IMG/VR virus record: IMGVR_UViG_3300033407_000913
Location: 1-35,466 of that record
DNA from: a virus
Lineage: Duplodnaviria > Caudoviricetes
Length of the DNA: 35,466 nt
Strand: one strand, 5' to 3'
The notes below the pieces were generated by a model that saw nothing but the letters and a program-made list of their open reading frames with translations, was not told the origin of the DNA and ran no database searches. How positions within the stretch are numbered: the stretch's first letter is position 1; each line of letters starts with the position of its first letter. A program made the translations under genes and the position numbers. Of the stretch, positions 1 to 7,069 are shown in pieces.

Positions 1-182
1 CCAGCGGAGCGAGCACGTCGCCCGGCTGGGTGGCTACCGACGACGGAAGGGCCGCGTGCGGGGCGGGCGGCTCTTCGACCACCTGAGGAGGTACGAACGC
101 CAGCGGAGCGAGCACGTCGCCCGGCTGGGTGGCTACCGACGACGGAAGGGCCGCGTGCGGAGCGGGCAGTTCCTCGATCACG
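1..182. repeat. 99-bp-period coding tandem repeat
   Basis: 1-61 is identical to 100-160; similarity continues with mismatches to about 182. Confidence 0.95.
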
Positions 183-295
183 TCCGGGTGGACGTAGTGC
201 TCAAGGACGTCGGGCAGTTGGGACGCGGCCGGGACGGGGCGGGCTTCGAAGGGGAAGTCCGATTGATAGATGAAGACGTAGGAATGGCCGTACAC
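1..295 (-). CDS. Pro-rich protein with 33-aa tandem repeat (3' truncated by window edge)
   Basis: GTG at 295 with GGAG at 303-306. Manual translation MYGHSYVFIYQSDFPFEARPVPAASQLPDVLEHYVHPDVIEELPAPHAALPSSVATQPGDVLAPLAFVPPQVVEEPPAPHAALPSSVATQPGDVLAPL is open to position 1. Not in the ORF track. Confidence 0.75.
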   Translation of the reverse strand, partial: MYGHSYVFIYQSDFPFEARPVPAASQLPDVLEHYVHPDVIEELPAPHAALPSSVATQPGDVLAPLAFVPPQVVEEPPAPHAALPSSVATQPGDVLAPL

Positions 296-305
296 CAGGG
301 CGCTC

Positions 306-575
306 CTACGGCAGGATCAGCCGGCCATGCTTCTCCACGTCATCCAAGCGTTTTTCCAGGGGGTAGCACATGACGGTGCAGAGTTCTTTAGAGTGACACA
401 GGGGCCCGTTGCACTTGGTGCACCAGCCCCGCCGGCGGCCGGACCCCGGCTCTACGATCCAGTGCATACCACAATGAACGCACTGGAGCGTGTCCGCTTC
501 GACCACCCGCCCGGACGCCGTCGCCGTGACCACGACGCCCGCGGGCTTTGCGGCCGTGGCGTTTCTCTGCTGCAC
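306..575 (-). CDS. Cys-rich (Zn-finger-like) phage protein
   Basis: CVHC...CTKC...C...C...C pattern; fits tightly between neighbouring genes. Confidence 0.8.
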   Translation of the reverse strand: MQQRNATAAKPAGVVVTATASGRVVEADTLQCVHCGMHWIVEPGSGRRRGWCTKCNGPLCHSKELCTVMCYPLEKRLDDVEKHGRLILP

Positions 576-578
576 GGG

Positions 579-1046
579 CTACTCCAACCAGGCCAACGAG
601 GCCAGCGCCGCGAACGCCGTCCCCGCGACACTCACGGTGACCAGCGCGAGCCCGTTAGCCGCCGCCGGGATGGAGATAATCTCCCGTCCGGGATAGGCCA
701 GCCAACGCCAGGGGATTTCGTGGCGGACCCCGACGCGCAGCATATTGCCGCTCGCCGCATTCGCCGGATCGCCCGTGTGATTGCCCCCCGTCGCGGCCAC
801 GACGGCAGCCGCGCCCGGCGGATTGGTATTGTTCTCCGCCAGATCGGTACCGCCGGTTCCGGCCGAGGTGGACGCGCGGACCGCGACTTCCGCGGCGTCC
901 GCGCCCGGGGTTGCGGCGCTGGCGCTGGACAGGTTGATTTCGTGGAGGTGGGCGCGCACCGACGCGCTTCCCCCCAGGTTGACGATGACCGCCTCGTTGG
1001 CGGCCACGCTCAGCGTCTGCGAATGAGTGGTTCGAAAACCGGCCAT
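579..1046 (-). CDS. Small beta-rich putative virion protein
   Basis: ATG with AAGGA RBS; Ala/Thr/Gly-rich; resembles the 21651-22109 product. Confidence 0.75.
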   Translation of the reverse strand: MAGFRTTHSQTLSVAANEAVIVNLGGSASVRAHLHEINLSSASAATPGADAAEVAVRASTSAGTGGTDLAENNTNPPGAAAVVAATGGNHTGDPANAASGNMLRVGVRHEIPWRWLAYPGREIISIPAAANGLALVTVSVAGTAFAALASLAWLE

Positions 1047-1061
1047 GTCTCAAATCCTTTC

Positions 1062-2351
1062 TCAGTAGGCCGCCACGGCGGGCGGCTCGATCAGCAATCC
1101 ATCATAAGCGTTTGCGTCCGCAAAGGTACCAGCGGCCGCAGCCGCCGCTTCCTCAATCGCCCACGCGGGCCACTTCCGCGCCGTGCCGTTCGTCGTCGTG
1201 TAGTTCAGCGTCCAGCCCGTCGGATCGAACGACACGAAGCTCGCCACGTGCGACAGCGTAGCGTTGCCCTGGTTCATACGCGCAGCGCTAGCCGTCGGAT
1301 ACGATCCCGCGTTCGACGTAGCCGCCGCGTCCTGATCGGTATATACGTGCCCGCCGGACACCGTCTCGGTAAACCCGCCGATCCCGAAGCTGCCCGCTCC
1401 GGTGGCGTTGGTCGTCACCGTCGTATCCACGGAATCCACGAAGCTCGGCGCTTGCATGACGAACTGCGGCTTGAAGCCTGGTGCGGTAATACTCGCGTTA
1501 CCCGTCGCCGTGGGCGTGTCGATGACGCCCACCCAATGCTTCGTCGCGTCGCCGTATTTGATAGCCAGGTAGTGAAGTCGCAATAATGAGCTAACGCCAG
1601 CAAGTCGCGTCGCAGCGGTAAAACCCGTCGAAAGGATGGCCGTGATTTCCACTGCCTGTCCGCCACTGATGAAGCGAGCCGCATGCGCAGTCGAGACGTA
1701 ATTACGGGCATCAGAGGTCGCATCGTTGTCGTCGGTATACGTCGCGGAACAACACTGGGTGATGACCGAATCGGTGTGGTCTACGAACGCGATGCTCATT
1801 CTGGCATCAGCATCAGCTATGTCAAGGTTTAGCGGATCAACGCTGACCACGAACAAATTATCGAGCTGGAACCCCGGATCGGTCACGTCTACCGTAGTGT
1901 CTACCGTCGCTGACGGAGTAAACTCGCCCGCGTAGAAACTCGCCGCGTCGCCTTTGAACAGGTAGACCTTGTAGGTGTACCCGTTCCCGGCGTTGCTGGT
2001 GAAGTTCAGGCGAATACCGTCCGTGATCCACGAATCGAAATGCGCTTCGTCGTCAATCCCGCCGGTACTGGTCAGCGCTGCGACGCACTTGTCGGTCATG
2101 TAGCGGCGGTTGGTATTTGTGGGACTGACCCCGTTCTGCGCTACTATCGCATCGCAGAAGTTGCGCGTCCCGTCGGTCACTCCGACGCAGAGCATCGCCG
2201 CGTTGCCGTAACTATCGTTGCTGCCCTTGCTGACAATGATGATCGCCGCCGCTTTCCCTGCTTGCGGCGTACCGAACCCGGCGACGGTAAAGTCCTTCGT
2301 GCCCGTGCCCGTGGGCAGCGCCACCGATGCGCTTGCGATCTCGAACGCCAT
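1062..2351 (-). CDS. Putative tail fibre/receptor-binding virion protein with three ~135-aa repeated domains
   Basis: Start MAFEIAS at 2351 overlaps the upstream stop (TGATG). Thr/Ala/Gly/Asp-rich. Three units begin TGTKDFTVAGFGTP, DTTVDVTDPGFQLD and TGNASITAPGFKPQ. Confidence 0.7.
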   Translation of the reverse strand: MAFEIASASVALPTGTGTKDFTVAGFGTPQAGKAAAIIIVSKGSNDSYGNAAMLCVGVTDGTRNFCDAIVAQNGVSPTNTNRRYMTDKCVAALTSTGGIDDEAHFDSWITDGIRLNFTSNAGNGYTYKVYLFKGDAASFYAGEFTPSATVDTTVDVTDPGFQLDNLFVVSVDPLNLDIADADARMSIAFVDHTDSVITQCCSATYTDDNDATSDARNYVSTAHAARFISGGQAVEITAILSTGFTAATRLAGVSSLLRLHYLAIKYGDATKHWVGVIDTPTATGNASITAPGFKPQFVMQAPSFVDSVDTTVTTNATGAGSFGIGGFTETVSGGHVYTDQDAAATSNAGSYPTASAARMNQGNATLSHVASFVSFDPTGWTLNYTTTNGTARKWPAWAIEEAAAAAAGTFADANAYDGLLIEPPAVAAY

Positions 2352-2656
2352 CAGGTCAACCCCAGAAGCTGGCGATACTTGGTCTTGGTAATGAATCCGC
2401 TTTCGAGCAGAATGCCCGCCGATTCCAGCCGCGAATGGAACTCGGCCTTGTCCGCCGCGCTCAGCGTGCCGAAAAATGTAATCAGTTGATCCAGTTGCGT
2501 TTGGTCGCTCGCGGACATGCCGAACCCGGCCACGACCTGCGCCCGCGTGACCTCGCCCTTGCTTAAGAACCATAGCGCCGCGCTGAAAGCGTGGTTGGCG
2601 ATATACCCGTTCGCCGGTTCCGGCTCTTCGCGCGCCAGTCGATCGATCAGTGCCAT
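2351..2656 (-). CDS. Hypothetical helical protein (possible fibre chaperone)
   Basis: ATG with GGAG RBS; protein-like composition; translationally coupled to the downstream fibre-like gene. Confidence 0.75.
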   Translation of the reverse strand: MALIDRLAREEPEPANGYIANHAFSAALWFLSKGEVTRAQVVAGFGMSASDQTQLDQLITFFGTLSAADKAEFHSRLESAGILLESGFITKTKYRQLLGLT

Positions 2657-2671
2657 GACCCACGCTCCGTT

Positions 2672-2766
2672 AGTGAAGTGAGAAGTGAGAAGTGAGAAGA
2701 CCGAAGGGCCGTTTTTCTCTTCTCATTTCTCAATTCAATCTTCCCACTTCGGTCTTCTCTCTTCCC
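2672..2766. repeat. Dispersed ~90-bp element, copy 1
   Basis: (GAAGTGA)n followed by the core TCTCTTCTCATTTCTCAATTCAATCTTCCCACTTCGGTCTTC; 13-bp inverted repeat at 2694-2706/2747-2759. Confidence 0.95.
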
Positions 2767-2780
2767 TTTTTTTGCCTGCC

Positions 2781-3158
2781 TCAGTGCCTCGGGGCCGTTA
2801 TTGCAACCAAAGTGACCCCCGGTGAAGGGACGACCTCCAGGGTGGCGCCGGTGATCTTCGAGCACAGCAGGACGGGGACATCCGGCCCTTCGCCCGGCGG
2901 ATAGCCGCGCACCCCCACGTTCATGATGTGCTGCGTGCGCCCTCGGCGAGTCACCGAGATGCTCCGCGGTACCAGCGCCCCGTAAGCGACGCACTCCGTG
3001 GCGCACACGGCGATGCGCTCCGTCTCCCCGCACAAAGTGTACCCATCCGGGCAATCGTAGGCGCCGCCCTGAATCCAGAACACGGCGACGACGCTGATGA
3101 TGGCGATGGGTACTCCGAAGATCATCTTTTTCTTGGACATGTTCTTGGCTGAAGGCAT
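2781..3158 (-). CDS. Cys-rich protein with N-terminal signal/TM segment
   Basis: ATG 3158 with AAGGAG at 3166-3171; KKK followed by hydrophobic MIFGVPIAIISVVAVFWI; five Cys downstream. Confidence 0.75.
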   Translation of the reverse strand: MPSAKNMSKKKMIFGVPIAIISVVAVFWIQGGAYDCPDGYTLCGETERIAVCATECVAYGALVPRSISVTRRGRTQHIMNVGVRGYPPGEGPDVPVLLCSKITGATLEVVPSPGVTLVAITAPRH

Positions 3159-3177
3159 GTTCACTCTCCTTGTCCGG

Positions 3178-3396
3178 TCACACAATCGCAACCGGCGCAT
3201 CCTCGGCGAACAAAGTAATTCGCACCTCGCCGGCAGCCTGAGCGGCGGCCAGCGCATCCAGGGCGTCTCCGGTCGTGCCCGGGTCCCCGGCGATCCAGTT
3301 CGCCGGAAGCGCCGGGCGGTATCCCTCGTGGTAGGCCGACGGCCCGCGGGTGCGTTTTTGCGTTCGGGCGTCGTCCCGGATGTCATCGCGCGGCAC
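3178..3396 (-). CDS. Hypothetical protein (72 aa)
   Basis: GTG 3396 with AGGAGG at 3404-3409; fills the gap between neighbours. Confidence 0.65.
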   Translation of the reverse strand: MPRDDIRDDARTQKRTRGPSAYHEGYRPALPANWIAGDPGTTGDALDALAAAQAAGEVRITLFAEDAPVAIV

Positions 3397-3398
3397 GC

Positions 3399-3782
3399 TC
3401 AGTCCTCCTGCTCGTCCAGAGTCACGATCACCCCCCAGGCGACTGCCCCCGCCGAAGGATCGCTCCAGGCGATCTTCACCGAGTCGCCCGCCGCCAGGCG
3501 GTAGAAGGTCTGTTCGTCGCCGGCGATGCGCAGGTTCACGTCGTGCGGGCCGTCGTCCGCGGCCACGCCCGCGGATTCGAGACGCCACAGCTCATTGTCG
3601 AACCGCCGCCCGGCCGCGGCGAAGCGGCGAATCAAAAGCGGGGCCAGATAGCTCGCCGCGGCCCCGCTCTCCCTGCGGAAGTGCGCCTGCACCTGGACCA
3701 ACACAAAGGGGACCGGGGCGTCGAGGCCGAAGGACGCGTCGATCGACCCGCTGCCCGATATCCAACGATCCACGCGCGACAT
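3399..3782 (-). CDS. Hypothetical, probable virion protein
   Basis: 127-aa ORF 3 nt after the upstream stop; beta-strand-like composition. Confidence 0.75.
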   Translation of the reverse strand: MSRVDRWISGSGSIDASFGLDAPVPFVLVQVQAHFRRESGAAASYLAPLLIRRFAAAGRRFDNELWRLESAGVAADDGPHDVNLRIAGDEQTFYRLAAGDSVKIAWSDPSAGAVAWGVIVTLDEQED

Positions 3783-3785
3783 CGT

Positions 3786-4658
3786 TTACCCCGCAAGAGC
3801 GATCGTCCGCCCGACCGGCGGAATCAGCGTGCCCCCCGATCGGCGAATCGGATTCGTCACCGTCAAGTTGAAGCCTCCGCTCAAATCGATGAGACAGTCG
3901 CCGTGCATGGTCAACGTGCCGAGCGTGCGCACCAGGTCAGACTGGTTCAAGCTGAAGCGGTGATCCCCGCCGGCGTGCAGTTCGCCGATCGTTCCGTCTG
4001 AATTCCACTGCAACACACCCCCGTCGCAATCCGCCACCGCCAGGGCCGCGTGCTGGTCCGCCGCGCCCCGCGTGCCCAGGTCGAACAAGCCCCCGCTCTG
4101 AATCAGCCGCTCGATATCCGCCACGCTGCGGATCTGGCCGTGCACGAGTTTGACGATCGTCTCGTTGGTCACGAGGTCGAGGTCGGCATCGTCGATGACC
4201 AGGATGGCGCTGTCCGACTGCGCGGAGGGCGGGGCGTCCACGGTGATCCGCGACGCGGCGGGCGCCACGTGCGCGCCGATCAGCCGCACCAGCCCCTGGA
4301 GAATGTTCACCATGGTGAAGGCCCCGTCGACGGACAGGCCCGGCGCCGTCCTGGACGGAGAATCGCACACGATGTTCTCGAAATCCCCATCCAGGTAGAC
4401 CGCTTCACCCCCTCCGCACCAGCGCAGTTCGGTCGCGTTGCAGCGCAGAGCAGTGGGGACCCCGAAGGCGCAGCTCGGATGGAACACGATCCGGCTGAAG
4501 GTCTTGGCCGATTGATTCAGGCCGGCAGTGATCGCCCGGGTGGTGAGATGATTCAGCCCCCAGGCTTCGGCGGTCAAGGGGATCACGCCGGTATCCCAAT
4601 TGCCCCCGTCCCCGAAGTCGCCGCTCACCGAACCCACGAACCAATGCGGACCGGCCAT
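3786..4658 (-). CDS. Putative beta-solenoid tail/virion protein
   Basis: N-terminal WFVGSVSGDFGDGGNWDTGVIP resembles the WxG...NW...VP start of beta-helical adhesin/tail proteins; Gly-punctuated short strands; GGGAG RBS. Confidence 0.7.
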   Translation of the reverse strand: MAGPHWFVGSVSGDFGDGGNWDTGVIPLTAEAWGLNHLTTRAITAGLNQSAKTFSRIVFHPSCAFGVPTALRCNATELRWCGGGEAVYLDGDFENIVCDSPSRTAPGLSVDGAFTMVNILQGLVRLIGAHVAPAASRITVDAPPSAQSDSAILVIDDADLDLVTNETIVKLVHGQIRSVADIERLIQSGGLFDLGTRGAADQHAALAVADCDGGVLQWNSDGTIGELHAGGDHRFSLNQSDLVRTLGTLTMHGDCLIDLSGGFNLTVTNPIRRSGGTLIPPVGRTIALAG

Positions 4659-4662
4659 ACAA

Positions 4663-4905
4663 CTAGTCTCCCGCTTTCGCCGTGCGTTGTCGAGGATGTT
4701 CCGGCGTGATCCGCTGCCGATACACCGGCGGAACCGCCGCCCCCAGGTCCAGGGTGTGCGCGGGATGGTCCGCGATCACGTTTCCGCGGACCATCGTCTC
4801 GACCAACCAAAAGCGGAAACTTTCGTCGTCCAGATCGAGCACATCGATCTCCCCTACCGTTCCGTCCGTCCGCTCGCCCAGCACGAGCACCATGCCCCTG
4901 CGCAT
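4663..4905 (-). CDS. Hypothetical protein (80 aa)
   Basis: ATG with GAGG at 4912-4915; ends 4 nt before the next start. Confidence 0.65.
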   Translation of the reverse strand: MRRGMVLVLGERTDGTVGEIDVLDLDDESFRFWLVETMVRGNVIADHPAHTLDLGAAVPPVYRQRITPEHPRQRTAKAGD

Positions 4906-4914
4906 CGCTCGCCT

Positions 4915-5220
4915 CTTGTAGTTGAGATTATCTACTTCTAATCATCATCATAAGGCCTGTGATATCCGTGCGTTGCGCGGCCTTCAAGCCGCAAACCGTA
5001 AAAACACCACCACAAGACGTAGGTCCGCGAATAAACCCCACCTTCCGTGGCGCCATCGACGCACGCAGGATTTCACAGGTTTACTCACAGGCCTGTGCAT
5101 AACCGCCGGGTTATTCACAGGTCATCCGCCCAGCGCCTCTGCCGAGCCTCGAATCGCACGGATATCACACAGATTTCACAGAACATTTTACAGAACATTT
5201 TACAGAACAACTCACAAAAC
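4915..5220. other. oriC-like locus: DnaA boxes, DnaA-trio-like tract, 12-bp repeats
   Basis: TTATTCACA 5111-5119; TGTGCATAA 5094-5102 (= TTATGCACA); near-match TTACTCACA 5081-5089. Minus strand ATATCACAGGCC-TTATGATGATGATTAG at about 4965-4938. Four 12-mers (ATTTYACAGAAC-like) at 5173-5220. AT-richer non-coding gap. Confidence 0.55.
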
Positions 5221-5225
5221 ATGGC

Positions 5226-5253
5226 GGGCCGGCTCCACTGTGGGAGCCGGCCC
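5226..5253 (-). terminator. GC-rich hairpin, probable terminator after RebB-like gene
   Basis: GGGCCGGCTCC-ACTGTG-GGAGCCGGCCC, perfect 11-bp stem 30 nt after the stop; U-tract weak (GCCATGTTTT). Confidence 0.6.
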
Positions 5254-5283
5254 CTGGCGAATGGAAGCGAAGTTTGTGTCGGG

Positions 5284-5607
5284 CTACTTGGGTACGGCCG
5301 TTTCCGGCGGCGTGCTCTGCGCTACCTTGGCCCCCTGCTGCCCGATGACGGCGTTGCTCATGGCCTCCACCGCGTCGAGTTCCGTGAGGCTCTTGATGAT
5401 CGATCCTGTGGCGGCCTGCGAGATACTGATGCCGTTGGCCAGCGCGGTCTCGGCGATCATGTTCAGGCGGGTAAGGTGGGCGTTGACGGCGGTCTGGTAC
5501 GCCGAATGGCCTTCCATCGCCGCGGCCGCGTAGTGCGCGGGCGCCCCGGCCCCGACTTTCGTGTTTTCGTTTGCGACGCTGTCGAGGATCCCTTGATCTG
5601 ACGGCAT
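5284..5607 (-). CDS. RebB-like (R-body family-like) protein
   Basis: 107 aa, Ala/Gln/Ser/Thr-rich. ILDSVANENTKVGAGAPA parallels the Reb motif ITDAVTQxNxKVLGxAPA, and SQAATGSII parallels AQAATxxGV. Strong AAGGAGG RBS. Confidence 0.6.
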   Translation of the reverse strand: MPSDQGILDSVANENTKVGAGAPAHYAAAAMEGHSAYQTAVNAHLTRLNMIAETALANGISISQAATGSIIKSLTELDAVEAMSNAVIGQQGAKVAQSTPPETAVPK

Positions 5608-5672
5608 GAGAAAGCCTCCTTGTGGTTTGGACGACCGGTTGCGGGGGGGACGTCCCTCCCGACTTAGGCGCC

Positions 5673-5701
5673 ATCATGCGCGGAAACTCCGCGAGACGCA
5701 A
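5673..5701 (-). promoter_or_regulatory. Sigma70-type promoter for the RebB-like gene, with palindrome in the spacer
   Basis: TTGCGT-N17-CATGAT; the spacer contains CGCGGA-GTT-TCCGCG. Confidence 0.5.
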
Positions 5702-5702
5702 G

Positions 5703-6017
5703 TCAGCGCGCGTCCAACAGGTGGGCCTGAATCGCCCGCGTATCGTCGCGGATGACGATCACCGCGTCGCGGATCACCGCGTACTGCTCCGCCATGACGC
5801 TTTGGATTTGCTCCATCCTTTCGAGGCGTTCGGAGTTGGCCCTGATATCGGCCAACCCGCGATCCGCCACCGGTTGATGCTCCGCCCGGTACATCTCCAG
5901 GTTCGTCACCCGCCCGTCGAAGCTCTTGATCGGGGCCACGGCCAAACTGACCAGCGTCCCCAATCCAACCAGGCTGGCCAGCCACCAGCCGATTTGCTCT
6001 TTGCGCTGTCCGCTCAT
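5703..6017 (-). CDS. Single-TM plus coiled-coil membrane protein (possible holin/lysis accessory)
   Basis: MSGQRKEQIGWWLASLVGLGTLVSLAVAPI TM segment followed by a heptad-rich helix. The start was shortened from the ORF track because the longer version runs through the repeat element. Confidence 0.7.
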   Translation of the reverse strand: MSGQRKEQIGWWLASLVGLGTLVSLAVAPIKSFDGRVTNLEMYRAEHQPVADRGLADIRANSERLERMEQIQSVMAEQYAVIRDAVIVIRDDTRAIQAHLLDAR

Positions 6018-6025
6018 GTCCGCCC

Positions 6026-6054
6026 ATTGTCGCTCCAGTGCGTCAATGAGGCAA
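6026..6054 (-). promoter_or_regulatory. Putative sigma70 promoter, possibly near-leaderless
   Basis: TTGCCT-N17-GACAAT ending 8 nt before ATG 6017. Confidence 0.4.
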
Positions 6055-6081
6055 TTGTTTTGGGGCAGGAACCCTTGACCC

Positions 6082-6160
6082 GAAGTGAGAAGTGAGAAGT
6101 GAGAAGTGGGAAGAGCAAAGGGCCGTTTCTCTCTTCTCATTTCTCAATTCAATCTTCCCA
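6082..6160. repeat. Dispersed element, copy 2
   Basis: GAAGTGA x3 plus GAAGTGG, then GGCCGTTTCTCTCTTCTCATTTCTCAATTCAATCTTCCCA. Confidence 0.95.
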
Positions 6161-6179
6161 TGCTTCCCATGTGCCGCCT

Positions 6180-6419
6180 TCACGGCCCCGGATATTCGGC
6201 CTCGAACAGCGGAAGCCGCTCTTCGCTGGCCGCGGTAATCAGTTCGTCGGTCAGACGCTTGCGTCGCTTGCGCAGCCCCGCGAGCTCCTTGGCCAGGTTG
6301 CGAATCTCGTCATTGAGGAGGCACAGCCTCTTGCCGCACTTCAGCCATGCCTGCCGCTGCCGCTCGTCCGCGTCGGCGATGGGTCCAGTACTCTTTCTCA
6401 TCTCTCTCATCTTCCTCAT
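6180..6419 (-). CDS. Small basic coiled-coil protein
   Basis: Coiled coil LNDEIRNLAKELAGLRKRRKRL; C-terminal RLPLF; three alternative ATGs (MRKMREMRK); flanked by element copies 2 and 3. Confidence 0.7.
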   Translation of the reverse strand: MRKMREMRKSTGPIADADERQRQAWLKCGKRLCLLNDEIRNLAKELAGLRKRRKRLTDELITAASEERLPLFEAEYPGP

Positions 6420-6439
6420 CGTCCCTTCGTGCCTCTGCG

Positions 6440-6547
6440 AAGAGTGAAGTCAGAAGTGAGAAGTGAGAAGTGAGAAGCCTGAAGTGCGACCCCCCTTCTC
6501 TCTTCTCAGTTCTCAATTCAATCTTCCCACTTCGGTTTTCTCTCTTC
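6440..6547. repeat. Dispersed element, copy 3
   Basis: Heptamer run, then TTCTCTCTTCTCAGTTCTCAATTCAATCTTCCCACTTCGGTTTTCTCTCTTC; overlaps the 3' end of the upstream ORF. Confidence 0.95.
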
Positions 6548-7069
6548 ACGCTTTCGATATCGAGCCACGCAGGGGTCGGAAAGACCCAGCAGCTCCCCGA
6601 CCGCGCAGTGCGGCAACACCGGGTCGTTGACCAGCACGTCCGTGATCGTCACCAGTTCCAGTCGGATGGTCCGATTCGCAATCTGCTTCCCAAAAATATC
6701 AGGCAGCCAGATTTCCGCGAGTTCCGCCCGCCGTTTCCGCAAGTAGGCGGCCAGCGGCGAGCGCAGCGCCCAGTTCCATTTGCAGACCCTGGCCTTCGCG
6801 TCGTAGAGATCGGCGCCCCGGCAAAAACGAGCGTTTCCGAATTTGGCGGGCCTGCGTGGTTTATCGCCGAGGGCCGGCCACCACGGGAGCGGCAGCGGAT
6901 CGGGATCGAGCGGCGGAACGGATGGAGGATTCGACGCCGCTCCGCGTGATCGGACCGGCACGCTCCCAGCGGTAGCGGTTGTAATACTCGATGAGCCTTC
7001 CCGCGCGTTGTGCGGCCTGCTCCCCCAAAGCGCGGCGAACGAGACGGTAGGCCTCGGCTTTCGTGGCAT
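6518..7069 (-). CDS. Putative HTH DNA-binding protein (true start uncertain, likely downstream of 7069)
   Basis: C-terminal DPVLPHCAVGELLGLSDPCVARYRKR fits an HTH pattern (xVGELLGLSxxxVxRYR). The N-terminal part overlaps the end of the giant gene and looks like shadow sequence. Confidence 0.5.
   Translation of the reverse strand: MPRKPRPTVSFAALWGSRPHNAREGSSSITTATAGSVPVRSRGAASNPPSVPPLDPDPLPLPWWPALGDKPRRPAKFGNARFCRGADLYDAKARVCKWNWALRSPLAAYLRKRRAELAEIWLPDIFGKQIANRTIRLELVTITDVLVNDPVLPHCAVGELLGLSDPCVARYRKREERKPKWED

Noticed and set aside
1-182. Repeat pair as a DGR template/variable region
   Set aside because: Adjacent in-frame tandem copies, mostly identical, and no reverse transcriptase in the window.
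4922-5533. 203-aa plus-strand ORF across the oriC-like gap
   Set aside because: Translates the 12-bp repeats (RTFYRTFY) and the antisense of the RebB-like gene; opposite to all other genes.
5674-6027. 117-aa ORF with GGAG before ATG 6027
   Set aside because: Shadow-like Gly/Arg composition; the overlapping frame 5703-6017 gives a coherent TM plus coiled-coil protein.
2672-6547. Repeat copies as a CRISPR array
   Set aside because: Copies are separated by whole genes, there are no regular spacers, and no cas genes are present.
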